The notes beneath the pieces were generated by a model, which made no database searches, had not been told where the DNA came from, and worked only from the letters and a program-made list of their open reading frames with translations. A stretch of DNA of 64,000 bases from Terriglobia bacterium (GTDB lineage Bacteria > Acidobacteriota > Polarisedimenticolia > Polarisedimenticolales > JAIQFR01): positions 576,001 through 640,000 of the forward strand of contig CAVVHE010000004.1 in assembly GCA_963748015.1 (NCBI GenBank), given 5' to 3'. Shown in pieces: positions 41,767 through 50,655 of this stretch. A program made the translations under genes and the position numbers. Every line of letters begins with the position of its first letter. Positions within the stretch are counted from its first letter, which is position 1.

Positions 41767-43235
41767 CGCCCGGCGAGCTTCCTCGTCCTGACGTACCCCC
41801 GGATCAAGACCCCCTGCTCGTCCGGCGCCGCCCCGGCGATCTCGAACGGCCTCTCCGGGCTGCCGTAAAACCCCTCGACGTCTCCCGTCAGGCGGTCGTC
41901 CGGCACCCGCACCGTGAACTCCAGCTCTTTTCTGCCCGCCTTGGGGTTGATGTCGCACAGGTCGTCCTTGCGCCCGAGGGTCTCGTCCTGGTCCCACACC
42001 TCCAGGCGCACGGGAATCTCCGACTCGCCGACCGCGGTGACGTGAATCGTGAGCCACGGGTCCGAGTAGCGCTTCTTGCCTCTCAGGACCCGGTCCACGT
42101 ACCGCTGCCCACCCACCGTCGTCACGGCGTAGAGGTCCGCCTTGCGCCCCCGATCGATCCTGCGGCCGAATCCCCGCTTCTCGGCGACGTACGTGATCCC
42201 GACCTCCACGACGGTCAGGTTCCCCGCGAAAGCGGCGACGGGGGGAAGTGGCGGCGGCGCTTGGGAGGAGTAGAGCTCGGCCGCCAGCCTCTCCTGGATG
42301 TGGTTCTTCTTGACCTGCCGGACGACCACCGAGGCGGGGCTCGACGTCCATTCCACCGCGACACCGGATAGGTACCTGGTGCTGCCGCTCTCGCCGCCCT
42401 TCCAGTGCCCCTCGGCCCCCTTTCCCTTCACCCACATGGAAAGATCGCGCATCGCCTTGACGTCGAGGTCGAGCCTCCGTTGATCGACGTCGTCCACCCG
42501 GTACCCCTTCACCTCCTCCCAGAATCCCGGCCGGGCCTCCTCCGTCCACTGCCGCAACGCCGCCACCACCTCGTGGGTCGCGCAGTAGGCGGACACGTAG
42601 GCCTCGGCCCACATCGGTCGCACGTGGGAGTCCTTGTTCAGGCCGGAGTCGTAATCGCCGTGCTCGGGGTGCGCGGACGGGGGCGGGGACGGGTACGGCG
42701 GATACGAGCCGGTGAACAGCTGGATCCCCTCGGGCGCTCCGTCGGCGATCCAGGTCTCCACGCGATAGGGTCCGACGGGCTCCTTTCGATGGGCGTTTAC
42801 CCAGTTCGAATGGGCGTAGAAATCCTGCACGGCGTGCGAGAGCACCCCCAGGAGGGTCAGCGTGGCCGCGGGGTCGCCGACTTCGGCCGTCTCGCGAGTC
42901 GCCTGGCGGGCGTTGTGCATGAGCCAGCCCCAGTATCGCGCGACGTCCTCCGTGGTGTAGAGGTTGTCGAAGTGCAGCTTCGACAGGCCGGTCTTCACGT
43001 TCTCTCGCGACATCGGACGCACCGAGTAGTAGTCCGTGAGCCAGTTCGAGACCTGGGCCACCTGGATCGCCGTCGCTCCGAAGCCGTGCTCCCGCAGGAC
43101 GGACTCCGTGACTTCCACGTGATGCCCGGTATCGAGCGCGAGCGCGCCGCGCCACGCTAGGACCGTCGCGGCGCCGAGCAGCAGCGTTCGGGCCAAGGCG
43201 ATCGGGCGGCGTTCGAGGCTCGTCGTGGTCTTCAT
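41763..43235 (-). CDS. Secreted HET-C / zinc-dependent phospholipase C-like protein with C2-like C-terminal domain
   Basis: Signal peptide; GHH, LHFDN, HAVQDFYAHSNWV, HG...LNKD motifs; tail ADLY...LEVWDQD...KDD. Confidence 0.65.
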   Translation of the reverse strand: MKTTTSLERRPIALARTLLLGAATVLAWRGALALDTGHHVEVTESVLREHGFGATAIQVAQVSNWLTDYYSVRPMSRENVKTGLSKLHFDNLYTTEDVARYWGWLMHNARQATRETAEVGDPAATLTLLGVLSHAVQDFYAHSNWVNAHRKEPVGPYRVETWIADGAPEGIQLFTGSYPPYPSPPPSAHPEHGDYDSGLNKDSHVRPMWAEAYVSAYCATHEVVAALRQWTEEARPGFWEEVKGYRVDDVDQRRLDLDVKAMRDLSMWVKGKGAEGHWKGGESGSTRYLSGVAVEWTSSPASVVVRQVKKNHIQERLAAELYSSQAPPPLPPVAAFAGNLTVVEVGITYVAEKRGFGRRIDRGRKADLYAVTTVGGQRYVDRVLRGKKRYSDPWLTIHVTAVGESEIPVRLEVWDQDETLGRKDDLCDINPKAGRKELEFTVRVPDDRLTGDVEGFYGSPERPFEIAGAAPDEQGVLIRGYVRTRKLAGR

Positions 43236-43237
43236 GT

Positions 43238-44302
43238 TCACCTCCGCGAGAGCAGATCCTCCTCCACCGTGCGGACTACGGCCTCGAGGAGCGCCTCGCG
43301 CGGGAAATCGTTCCGATTGAAGCCGAGGACCGCCGCTTTCGGCATTTCGCTTCCGACCGGGAGAGCGATGGCCCAGTGATCCGCGCGGGCGAAGCCCAGC
43401 AGCTTGCTGCCGGGAACGATCGCGTCGGAGAAGATCACGGCCCCGTCGTTGCGCGGGTCGATCGTCGCCAGCATGTCGTAGCCGGTCCTCAAGATCCAGG
43501 AGATCCGGTCGCGCTCGCCGAAACCGGCCAGGGTGTAGTACCGCACGGTTTCGGGCAGGCGGTTCCGCGAAAGCCAGAGCAGCCGGGTTGATCGGCGCAG
43601 ATCGTCCAGCGCGGCGCGATCCCGCCGGGGACACGCGAGGGCGGCCATCTCGGCCACGGGCGAGAGCAGGGGATCCGAGTCCACCCTGTCGGCGAGGGGC
43701 GATCCGGCGACGACTCCGGCGACCGCCACGAGCGCCGTCACGCGCTCCCGCACCTCGGGATACGCGACCAGCGCCGCCAGGAGGTCCGCGACGCCCTTCG
43801 AGTAGCCCACGAGCACCAGCGGCTCTCGGGGATCGAGGTCGAGCGCTGCGATGGCATCGCGAATGCGGGCGGCGTTCTCGGCGACGCTCGAGAAGCCTCC
43901 CACTTCGATCCGCCCCGTCCGGTGCCCGAGGCTCTCGAGACGCGGAAGCGCATCCGCGAACGGCAGCACGGGGAGGCAGTCGCCGTAAATTCCAGGAACC
44001 ACCAGCACCCGCATGGGGAGGCGCGCGCGCGAGAGCTCCACGGGGCGGCCGGTCGCCTCCGGCTCGTCGGCCAGGCGCAGAAGCTCGGCCTCGCACGACC
44101 CCTCTCCCTCCTGCCCCGCTCCGCCTCTGCGGCGGACCGCGCAGTAGATCTCGCGGAATCTGCCGCGCCCGTCCTCGACGCGGGTCTGCGCGACCGGCGT
44201 CAAGGTCACCGGCGGCAGGTCGAGGGTGTAGGGAACCAGCGAGGCCGGAACGCACCCCGCCGCGACGACGGCCGCCAGAATGATTCCAACGACGCGAGTC
44301 AT
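43238..44302 (-). CDS. Alpha/beta hydrolase (lipase-like) lipoprotein
   Basis: AAGC lipobox; VVPGI, VGYSKG nucleophile elbow, GSPLAD, NDG, ADHW. Confidence 0.82.
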   Translation of the reverse strand: MTRVVGIILAAVVAAGCVPASLVPYTLDLPPVTLTPVAQTRVEDGRGRFREIYCAVRRRGGAGQEGEGSCEAELLRLADEPEATGRPVELSRARLPMRVLVVPGIYGDCLPVLPFADALPRLESLGHRTGRIEVGGFSSVAENAARIRDAIAALDLDPREPLVLVGYSKGVADLLAALVAYPEVRERVTALVAVAGVVAGSPLADRVDSDPLLSPVAEMAALACPRRDRAALDDLRRSTRLLWLSRNRLPETVRYYTLAGFGERDRISWILRTGYDMLATIDPRNDGAVIFSDAIVPGSKLLGFARADHWAIALPVGSEMPKAAVLGFNRNDFPREALLEAVVRTVEEDLLSRR

Positions 44303-44339
44303 GCGCGCTCCCCGTACGGCGCGGTCGGATTCTCCACGC

Positions 44340-45200
44340 TCAGAACGCGGCCCCGAGCACCAGGCGCACGGCGGACGCGTCGTCTCCGAACCGGTAGCCC
44401 AGCCCCAGTCGAGGGAAACTGAAGCGCCAGAACTCGACCGGCACCCGGGTACCGACCGTGAAGCCGAGCTCGTACTGATTTCCGACTTCCAGCGGCTCGT
44501 CCCTCAGGAACACCCTCGTCGGCTCGAGGTAGAGGTAGTTCATGACGTAGAGACCGCCGTCCAGCCCATGCCCCTTCACCTCGAACGCCAGCGGACGTCT
44601 CACCTCGAAGCCGGTCTCGAGCATCACGAAGTCCTCGTCGTACTCCGAATCGCTCACGTGCTCGCCGGCATAGACCAACCGGTGGCCCAGGAGGAGGTCG
44701 ACCCCTCTCGGACGGAACTTCGCCAGGCTCTTCAACCCCACCGTGTACACCGTGGCGCGCTCGCTGTCGTGGAAGTCCTGGGCCACCCCCAACTCGCCGA
44801 ACGGCTCGAGGGACCAGTTCTTCAGGACGGGGAACTCGAGGGCGACTCCGGGCACGAAGCTGGCCATTGCGACGTCGTCCGGGTTGTCGGGCGGGTCCGC
44901 GTCGGTGGGGCTCAACTCGAAGTACCCGATGCAGCCGGACAGCGTGACGCGCACCCCGGGATATCGGCCCTGCGCGGGACGGATCGGGTAATAGACCGGC
45001 ACGCGGTAGATCTGTACGGTGTGGCCGGATAACTGGTAGATGCCGGACCCGAGCTGGCTCGCGAAGGCGTAGTTCTTCCTGCCGGTATCCTCGGGATCGG
45101 AAGACTGCGCCGAGACCGGCCTCTCCGGGAGGCCGCACAGCAGTCCGATCAGGAAGAACGCGAATCGGACGACTTCGCTTCCGAGGCATTCATGACGCAT
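44340..45200 (-). CDS. Putative outer-membrane beta-barrel protein
   Basis: Signal peptide, alternating amphipathic strands, C-terminal Phe (VRLVLGAAF). Confidence 0.6.
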   Translation of the reverse strand: MRHECLGSEVVRFAFFLIGLLCGLPERPVSAQSSDPEDTGRKNYAFASQLGSGIYQLSGHTVQIYRVPVYYPIRPAQGRYPGVRVTLSGCIGYFELSPTDADPPDNPDDVAMASFVPGVALEFPVLKNWSLEPFGELGVAQDFHDSERATVYTVGLKSLAKFRPRGVDLLLGHRLVYAGEHVSDSEYDEDFVMLETGFEVRRPLAFEVKGHGLDGGLYVMNYLYLEPTRVFLRDEPLEVGNQYELGFTVGTRVPVEFWRFSFPRLGLGYRFGDDASAVRLVLGAAF

Positions 45201-45380
45201 GGAATCAGCCGGAACGGCCGAGATCGAACGGCCTTTCCTTTCCCCTCGCCGGTAGAGCCTGACCCACCGAGGTCCGCAATGGGGCGTCTAGTGAACCCCG
45301 CCGGGCCCCCGGAGGCCCGGACGACGCCAGGATACCCCCAGAACGGGCTCCCAGGAACACGAACCCACCGAGGGCCCAGG

Positions 45381-45427
45381 CCGGTTCCGTGAGAGTTGGG
45401 GGAGTGCACCCCCCTCCGCCACTCGAC
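45381..45427 (+). mobile_element. Probable degenerate group II intron 3' end (domain V 3' strand and domain VI)
   Basis: CCGGTTCCGTGAGAG-TTGGGGGAGTGCACCCCCCTCCGCC-A-CTCGAC fits the GGTTC...GAGAG...bulged A...CTCGAC pattern of bacterial group II intron termini; no RT gene nearby. Confidence 0.45.
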
Positions 45428-45490
45428 ACTGCCTTTGCCGACGACGAGCGGTAGGCGATAACCCCTTGCTTGGAGCGGGGTGGGCCCAGG

Positions 45491-46921
45491 CTACCAGGTC
45501 ACGCGGACGCGGTAGGCGAGCTTGACCTCCTGGTTCTTGGGGACCTTGACCTCGAACTCGATCGTGCCGGCGTCGAGCTTCTTGTAGGTGTGGCTCGACT
45601 GGACGACCTGCCAGTCGCCGCCGACGGGCTCGCGGACGGTCACGACGGCGTCCTCGTCCTTGTGGTTCCGAATGGCGATCTCGAAGGCGGACTCGCTCTG
45701 GCGCGGGCTCAGCACCTTGTAGTCGGTCTGCGTCCGGTCGGCGACCACGTCGAAGGCCTCGCCGATCTTGAGCTTGACGGTCTCGTCCTTCGGCGTGTGG
45801 TCGATCGAGTCCTCGCCGACGAACTGCTCGGCGCCGGAGCGGTCCTTCTTGTAGACCCGGACCGTTCCCTTCGGGAGCGGGATCCCGAGCCCCCCGTCCT
45901 TGGCGTTCTTGATCTCGAGGACGACGGCGACCTTCTGGTCCTTCGAGAGGGTCCCGTAACGGCCGCGGAACCAGCCGGGCTGGCCGACGAGCAGGAGGCG
46001 CTTGGTCAGCGGCACCGAGGAGGCCTGGAGAAGGGTGATCTGCTTGGTCTGGTTGTCCTTGAGGGTCGTCGGCCGCTCGAGCGTGTAGAGGTGGTACTCG
46101 AAGAACGACTCCTCGGCGAACTGCGGCGCGCCCGCGGCCATCTTGATGTCGGCGCGCATCGCCTCGTACATCGGCTGCGGCGGGGGCGCGACCCGCCGCA
46201 CGTCCCCGGCGACGAGCTTCAGCGTGGCGTCGCGGAAGGTCGCCCCGGAGCGGTTCTCGATCGTGACCCACCCCGTCACGTCGGTCGCCCGGTCGTCGGC
46301 GTCGACCACCGCCACGTAGTCCGCCGACCAGTTCATCCCGTCGGTCAGATACGACGCCTCGACCTCGTGGGTCCCGGTCTTGTCGCCTCGAAGCGTCCAG
46401 ACGAGCGTGGGGCGGGCGACGAGGTCCGGGGGGACCGACGGGAGGGTGATCCGGCCGGTCTGGTTCAGCACGATCCGGTCGCCGATCCGGTAGACCGCTC
46501 CGCCGTTCACGGACAGCAGGATCGCCTTCGACACGCGGGTCGTCAGGTCCTGGGCCTGCTCGACGACCTCGACCTCCTTGCCGACGTACTTCTCGAGGAG
46601 CTTCTCGGGGGAGATCAGGTCGTACTCGTAGTTCTGCTCCAGGACGGCCAGGGCGCCGGGCGCCGTCAGGGACTTGAGATGGACCGTCCTCGGGTTGATC
46701 GCCGACGGGACGTCCATGAATCGCAGCGCGGCGATCCCGGCCTGTTCGACCTTGAGCGTGCGCGTCTCCCGCACCAGCGCGAGGTTCACGTTGTAGACCG
46801 TGACGGCCGCCGACGTGCGGTCGGCCGCGGTGCTGTCGGGCAGGGGAGAGGGGTCCCCCGCGGCGAGTGCCACGACGGGAGAGAGCGCGAGCAGCAGGGC
46901 CAGCCGGACTTCGGTGCGCAT
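45491..46921 (-). CDS. DUF4139 domain exported protein
   Basis: Signal peptide; AVTVYNVNLALVRE, EQNYEYDL, SYLTDGMNWSADY, FEYHLYTL, GEDSIDHTP. Confidence 0.88.
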   Translation of the reverse strand: MRTEVRLALLLALSPVVALAAGDPSPLPDSTAADRTSAAVTVYNVNLALVRETRTLKVEQAGIAALRFMDVPSAINPRTVHLKSLTAPGALAVLEQNYEYDLISPEKLLEKYVGKEVEVVEQAQDLTTRVSKAILLSVNGGAVYRIGDRIVLNQTGRITLPSVPPDLVARPTLVWTLRGDKTGTHEVEASYLTDGMNWSADYVAVVDADDRATDVTGWVTIENRSGATFRDATLKLVAGDVRRVAPPPQPMYEAMRADIKMAAGAPQFAEESFFEYHLYTLERPTTLKDNQTKQITLLQASSVPLTKRLLLVGQPGWFRGRYGTLSKDQKVAVVLEIKNAKDGGLGIPLPKGTVRVYKKDRSGAEQFVGEDSIDHTPKDETVKLKIGEAFDVVADRTQTDYKVLSPRQSESAFEIAIRNHKDEDAVVTVREPVGGDWQVVQSSHTYKKLDAGTIEFEVKVPKNQEVKLAYRVRVTW

Positions 46922-46959
46922 CACGGGCCTCCTTCTCCGGCGGGAGCCGGCGCCGAGCT

Positions 46960-47715
46960 TCAGCGATCGGCGGCCGAACTGTCCTTGAGCCAATCGAGCC
47001 AAGCGGGCATCCCCTCGCCCGTCCGGGCCGAGAGGATGAAGACCGGGGCCTCGGAGTTCAATCCCGATATCAGGCGAAGCGCCTCGTCGAGGTCGAAGTC
47101 CACGTGGGGTGCCAGGTCGATCTTCGCGATGACGACCGCGGTGGCGCTCCGGAAGGCGAGAGGGTACTTGGCCGGCTTGTCGGTGCCTTCGGTGACGCTC
47201 AGCATCGCGACCCGCTCGTGCTCGCCGAGGTCGAACTCCGTCGGGCAGATGAGGTTGCCGACGTTCTCGACGAAGAGCAGCGAGCCGCGCTCGGGTCGGA
47301 GGTGCTCCAGGGCGTGCTGGACCTGGTGGGCGTCGAGATGGCAGGCCCGCCCCGTCTGGATCTGGTGGACTCGCACCCCGGTCTTCGCGATACGCCGGGC
47401 GTCGTTGTCGGTCTGCTGGTCCCCCTCGACGACCGTGCAGGAGAGGCCGCCGGCGAGGAGCGCCACCAGCGTCTTCTCGAGGAGGGTGGTCTTGCCGGAT
47501 CCCGGCGCGCTGATGAGATTGAAGCAGCGGATCCCCTGGCCGTCGAAGAAGCCGCGGTTGTACGCAGCGAATCGGTCGTTCTCCGCGAGCAGCGCCTGCT
47601 CGACGCGCAGCACGCTCGTGGCGGAGCCTTCGTGGCCATGGTCGTGGCCATGGTCGTGCCCGTGATGGTCGTGAGAAGAGGAGTCGGGGTGGCCGCAGCC
47701 ACACGTGGAGCACAT
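46960..47715 (-). CDS. hypB: Hydrogenase nickel incorporation GTPase HypB
   Basis: MCSTCGC metal site, His-rich tract, SAPGSGKTTLL, CHLDA, ENVGNLICP, DKPAKYP. Confidence 0.96.
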   Translation of the reverse strand: MCSTCGCGHPDSSSHDHHGHDHGHDHGHEGSATSVLRVEQALLAENDRFAAYNRGFFDGQGIRCFNLISAPGSGKTTLLEKTLVALLAGGLSCTVVEGDQQTDNDARRIAKTGVRVHQIQTGRACHLDAHQVQHALEHLRPERGSLLFVENVGNLICPTEFDLGEHERVAMLSVTEGTDKPAKYPLAFRSATAVVIAKIDLAPHVDFDLDEALRLISGLNSEAPVFILSARTGEGMPAWLDWLKDSSAADR

Positions 47716-47716
47716 G

Positions 47717-48058
47717 TCAGGTCACCTCCAGGGACTCGAGCTGCATCTCGCGGCCCCCCTCGATCCGGAGCGGCCACTCGCCGCACTCGGGACAGGGAGC
47801 CAGGAGATCGCTCACGTCCGTTCGCGTCTCGCACTTCCCGCAGGTGCCGGAGGCCGGAACGATACGGAGCCGCAGCTCGGCCCCCTCGCAGAGCGTCTCG
47901 CGCGCGGCGATCGGGAAGCAGAACGACAAAGTCTCGGGCTCGACGCCGGAGAGGCTGCCCAGCCTCACGTCCAGGCTGACGACCCGGCTGGCCCCGTTCG
48001 ATTGGGCGCTGCGCACGGCGGTCTCGACGAGGCTGGTGGCGATGGAAAGCTCGTGCAT
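47717..48058 (-). CDS. hypA: Hydrogenase maturation nickel metallochaperone HypA
   Basis: MHELSIA N-terminus, CGKC...CPECG zinc finger, GGREM. Confidence 0.96.
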   Translation of the reverse strand: MHELSIATSLVETAVRSAQSNGASRVVSLDVRLGSLSGVEPETLSFCFPIAARETLCEGAELRLRIVPASGTCGKCETRTDVSDLLAPCPECGEWPLRIEGGREMQLESLEVT

Positions 48059-48132
48059 CGGGGAAGGAGTGTATCCGAAACGCCGGGGAGGGGACAGCAA
48101 CCGGCCGCCGTCGTGCCGCCCCGCGCGTCGCG

Positions 48133-48611
48133 CTAGGTAAGTAGGATCCCCCGGATTTCCCCGAGAATCCCTGCAAGGGCCTCGCCGTAGGCGGCATCGA
48201 GGGCGGGGGAAAGGGTCTCGCCGAACGTCGCGTCATCCGCCACCTCCACCGCGAAGACGTGGATCTCCTCGTCGGGAGGCAGTTGGACACCTAGACGGCG
48301 GCCGAGTTCCAGGGCGGTGGCGAAATTGACGTCGTGGACGTTTCTGAGGTTCAGGGTCTCCCTGAGCGCGCGGGCGTCGAAACGATACCAGTCGCCCGGC
48401 GTCCCTCCTCGGGTCCGGATCGCGTCGAGGACGATGAGCCTGTCGTGTCCCGCGATCACGTCGAGGAGGGCGAGTCCTCCTGCCGAGCACTCCTCGACGA
48501 CCGCGAGGTCGGGCGATCCGGCGGTCGCTCCGAAACGTCTCGCGCCAGCCGAACCCCGACCGAATCGTCGGTGAGGATCGGATTGCCCATCCCCAGAAGG
48601 AGCGTCCTCAT
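48133..48611 (-). CDS. Hydrogenase maturation protease, frameshifted in this sequence
   Basis: MRTLLLGMGNPILTDDSVG in one frame, then GGLALLD...LIVLDAI...NVHD in another; shift near 48522. Confidence 0.85.
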
Positions 48612-48906
48612 CGACTCGTCTGCTGCTCCGGCACCGATCCCGATCCGCCCGCGGAGAAGACGGGATTCTAGCGCCTCGCCGCGCCAAGACCGCAAAGAAG
48701 GGGAATTGCCTATCGACGCCATATGTTGGGGACATTTACGAATCCGGGGTAGACACTCCCGGCTCTTGTATGCGAAGTCATTGTTTATCAATAGCTTGAC
48801 CCGTATCTCTCCCTGGTGCGCGGATTGCAACAGTGAAGACTGTCCGGCGACTGCCGCGGCCTCGAAGCCGAGCGCCCCGAGGCTGGCGGCACGTCAAGAG
48901 GTGCGG

Positions 48907-49847
48907 ATGCTAGGGCACGCGACAACCGTGACGGCCTGCGGCGTCCTCGCGCTTCTGTCGTTCGCGTTCCCGGTTGTTGCCGCGGAGACGCCCGACGGGC
49001 TCGTACCGGCTCGTTCTGCCGCCGATGCCGTCCGCGCGCCCCGGATACCCGACAGGGAAGCTCCCTCGATCCTGCCGTTACCCGTCGAGCCGACGCCGCT
49101 CGGGGAACCCCTCGTGCTACGGGCACGGGTGACCGACCCCAGCGGGGTGCGGGAAGTCGTTCTGCTTGCGAAGGGGGAGGGAGAGTCCGAATACGTGCCG
49201 GTTCCGATGGTGGAAGTGGAGAAGGACCTCTACGCTGCGGCGCATCCGGTTGCGCCGGAGCGACGCAGCTCGGTGCTCTGGCTGGTCGAGGCGACCGACA
49301 GTCTCGGAAACGGACCGCGGCGCGCCGGCGATCCGGCGGCACCCTTCGTCGCCTCGGCCGTTGCCGGAGGAACGCCCAGCGGACCCCTGCGGCGGGTCGC
49401 ATCGCCGCACCTGGCGGTCCTGGCCCTCGCGGCGGTGGTCGTGCCGGCCGCCGGAGTTTGGCGGTCCCGCTCCCGTCGGCGCGCGCGCGAGCGCCTGGTG
49501 CTTCCCGATGCTCCCGCCGGGGAGCGGACCCGGATCCGGCAGTCCATCCCCGCGTCGAGCAGATCGCGGAAGACCTGTTCTGGCTGCGCCTGCTCACGCC
49601 GCTCCTCGACCTTTCTCCCGACGAGTTGCAGAAGGCGCTCACCGACCTCCTTGCGCGCGATCATCCCCACCCGTCACGCGGCCGGTCGAGGTTCGAACGC
49701 CATGTCGTGCTCGCGCGCCTCAGCTGGGCCCAGCGCGTGGACCCGGCCGACGTTCTCTCGCGCTGGCGCCAGCTGCGCGGCCCCGGCCGGCCGCGAGCCG
49801 GAGGACGGGCGGGTGAGGGGTCGGCCCGAAGGGAGGCGGCACTGTGA
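48907..49847 (+). CDS. Hypothetical exported/membrane protein, probably frameshifted near 49550
   Basis: Signal peptide, beta-rich domain (ARVTDPSGVREVVL...VEATDSLGN), TM helix; coding-like continuation (EDLFWLRLL...) in another frame ending in a GTGA overlap with the next gene. Confidence 0.5.
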
Positions 49848-50284
49848 GCCGCTCCGCAGGCGCCACCTTCGTGGAGTTGCTCGTGGTCCTCACCCTCCTG
49901 GGGATCGTCGCGGGGGTGACGGCGACCTACCTGAAGCCGATGGAAACCTCTACGCGCGACGGCGCGGAGCAGGTCGGAGGGTTCTTCAAGGAGTCGAGAT
50001 TCAAGGCGGTGGCCACGACGTCCGCGTATCGGGTCCGGCCGGAATCGTCCTCGCGGCTGATCGCGGAGACGGCGGCCTCGTGCTCGTCCGCAACGTGGAG
50101 CGCCGATCCCGCCCTGTCGCTCGACCTCCCGCCCGCCGTGAGCCTCGCCGAGGCCGGATGGTCGGTCTGCTTCAACAGCAGGGGCATTGCGAGCCAGACG
50201 CAGACGCTCACCGTGCAGCAGGCGGGGAGGCCGTCGCGAACCGTGGAGGTCCTGCTCGGCGGCACCGCGAGGATCGTGCCTTGA
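49844..50284 (+). CDS. FimT/GspH-like minor pilin
   Basis: G|ATFVELLVV prepilin signal; CFNSRG and VLLGG late motifs. Confidence 0.82.
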   Translation: MSRSAGATFVELLVVLTLLGIVAGVTATYLKPMETSTRDGAEQVGGFFKESRFKAVATTSAYRVRPESSSRLIAETAASCSSATWSADPALSLDLPPAVSLAEAGWSVCFNSRGIASQTQTLTVQQAGRPSRTVEVLLGGTARIVP

Positions 50285-50655
50285 GCGCGCGCGGCTTCTC
50301 CCTCGTGGAAGCGCTCGTCGCGCTGGCGATCATGGGCATCGCCATCGTCGGCGTGACCCCCCTGTTCATGACTTACCTGGACGCGAACACGCTGACCGAG
50401 GAGCGGTCGGGAGGCGTGGCGGCCGCGCAGCAGATCCTCGAGGGGCTGCGAGCCCAGAACCCCTCGTCGCTTCCCTCGTCGGGCGCGTCCGCCGCGCAAT
50501 CCGTCACGGTCGGCGCACGCGTGTACGAGGTGACCACCCGTTACTGCGTCAACGCATCGTTCTGCGACGCGGCGAGCCGGCACGTGCTCGTCGAGGTGAC
50601 GTACCGTGGAATCAGGATCTTCTCGGCCGAGACCGTATTCACACGGCTCCGCTGA
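50281..50655 (+). CDS. PilV-like minor pilin
   Basis: TTG start overlapping the upstream stop; RG|FSLVEALVAL; AAQQILEGLR. Confidence 0.82.
   Translation: MSARGFSLVEALVALAIMGIAIVGVTPLFMTYLDANTLTEERSGGVAAAQQILEGLRAQNPSSLPSSGASAAQSVTVGARVYEVTTRYCVNASFCDAASRHVLVEVTYRGIRIFSAETVFTRLR

Noticed and set aside
45270..45345. Resemblance to SRP RNA (GGTCCGCAATGGGG...TGAACCCCGCC)
   Set aside because: The conserved helix 8 motif (CAGG...GGAA...AGCAG) is missing
45396..45421. tRNA-like 3' end (…CTCCGCCA) as a possible att site
   Set aside because: No TTCG T-loop, no match to the tRNA-Leu in the window and no integrase; the group II intron reading fits better
47630..47675. Short tandem repeat GTGGCCATGGTC
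   Set aside because: Simply encodes the His-rich nickel-binding tract of HypB
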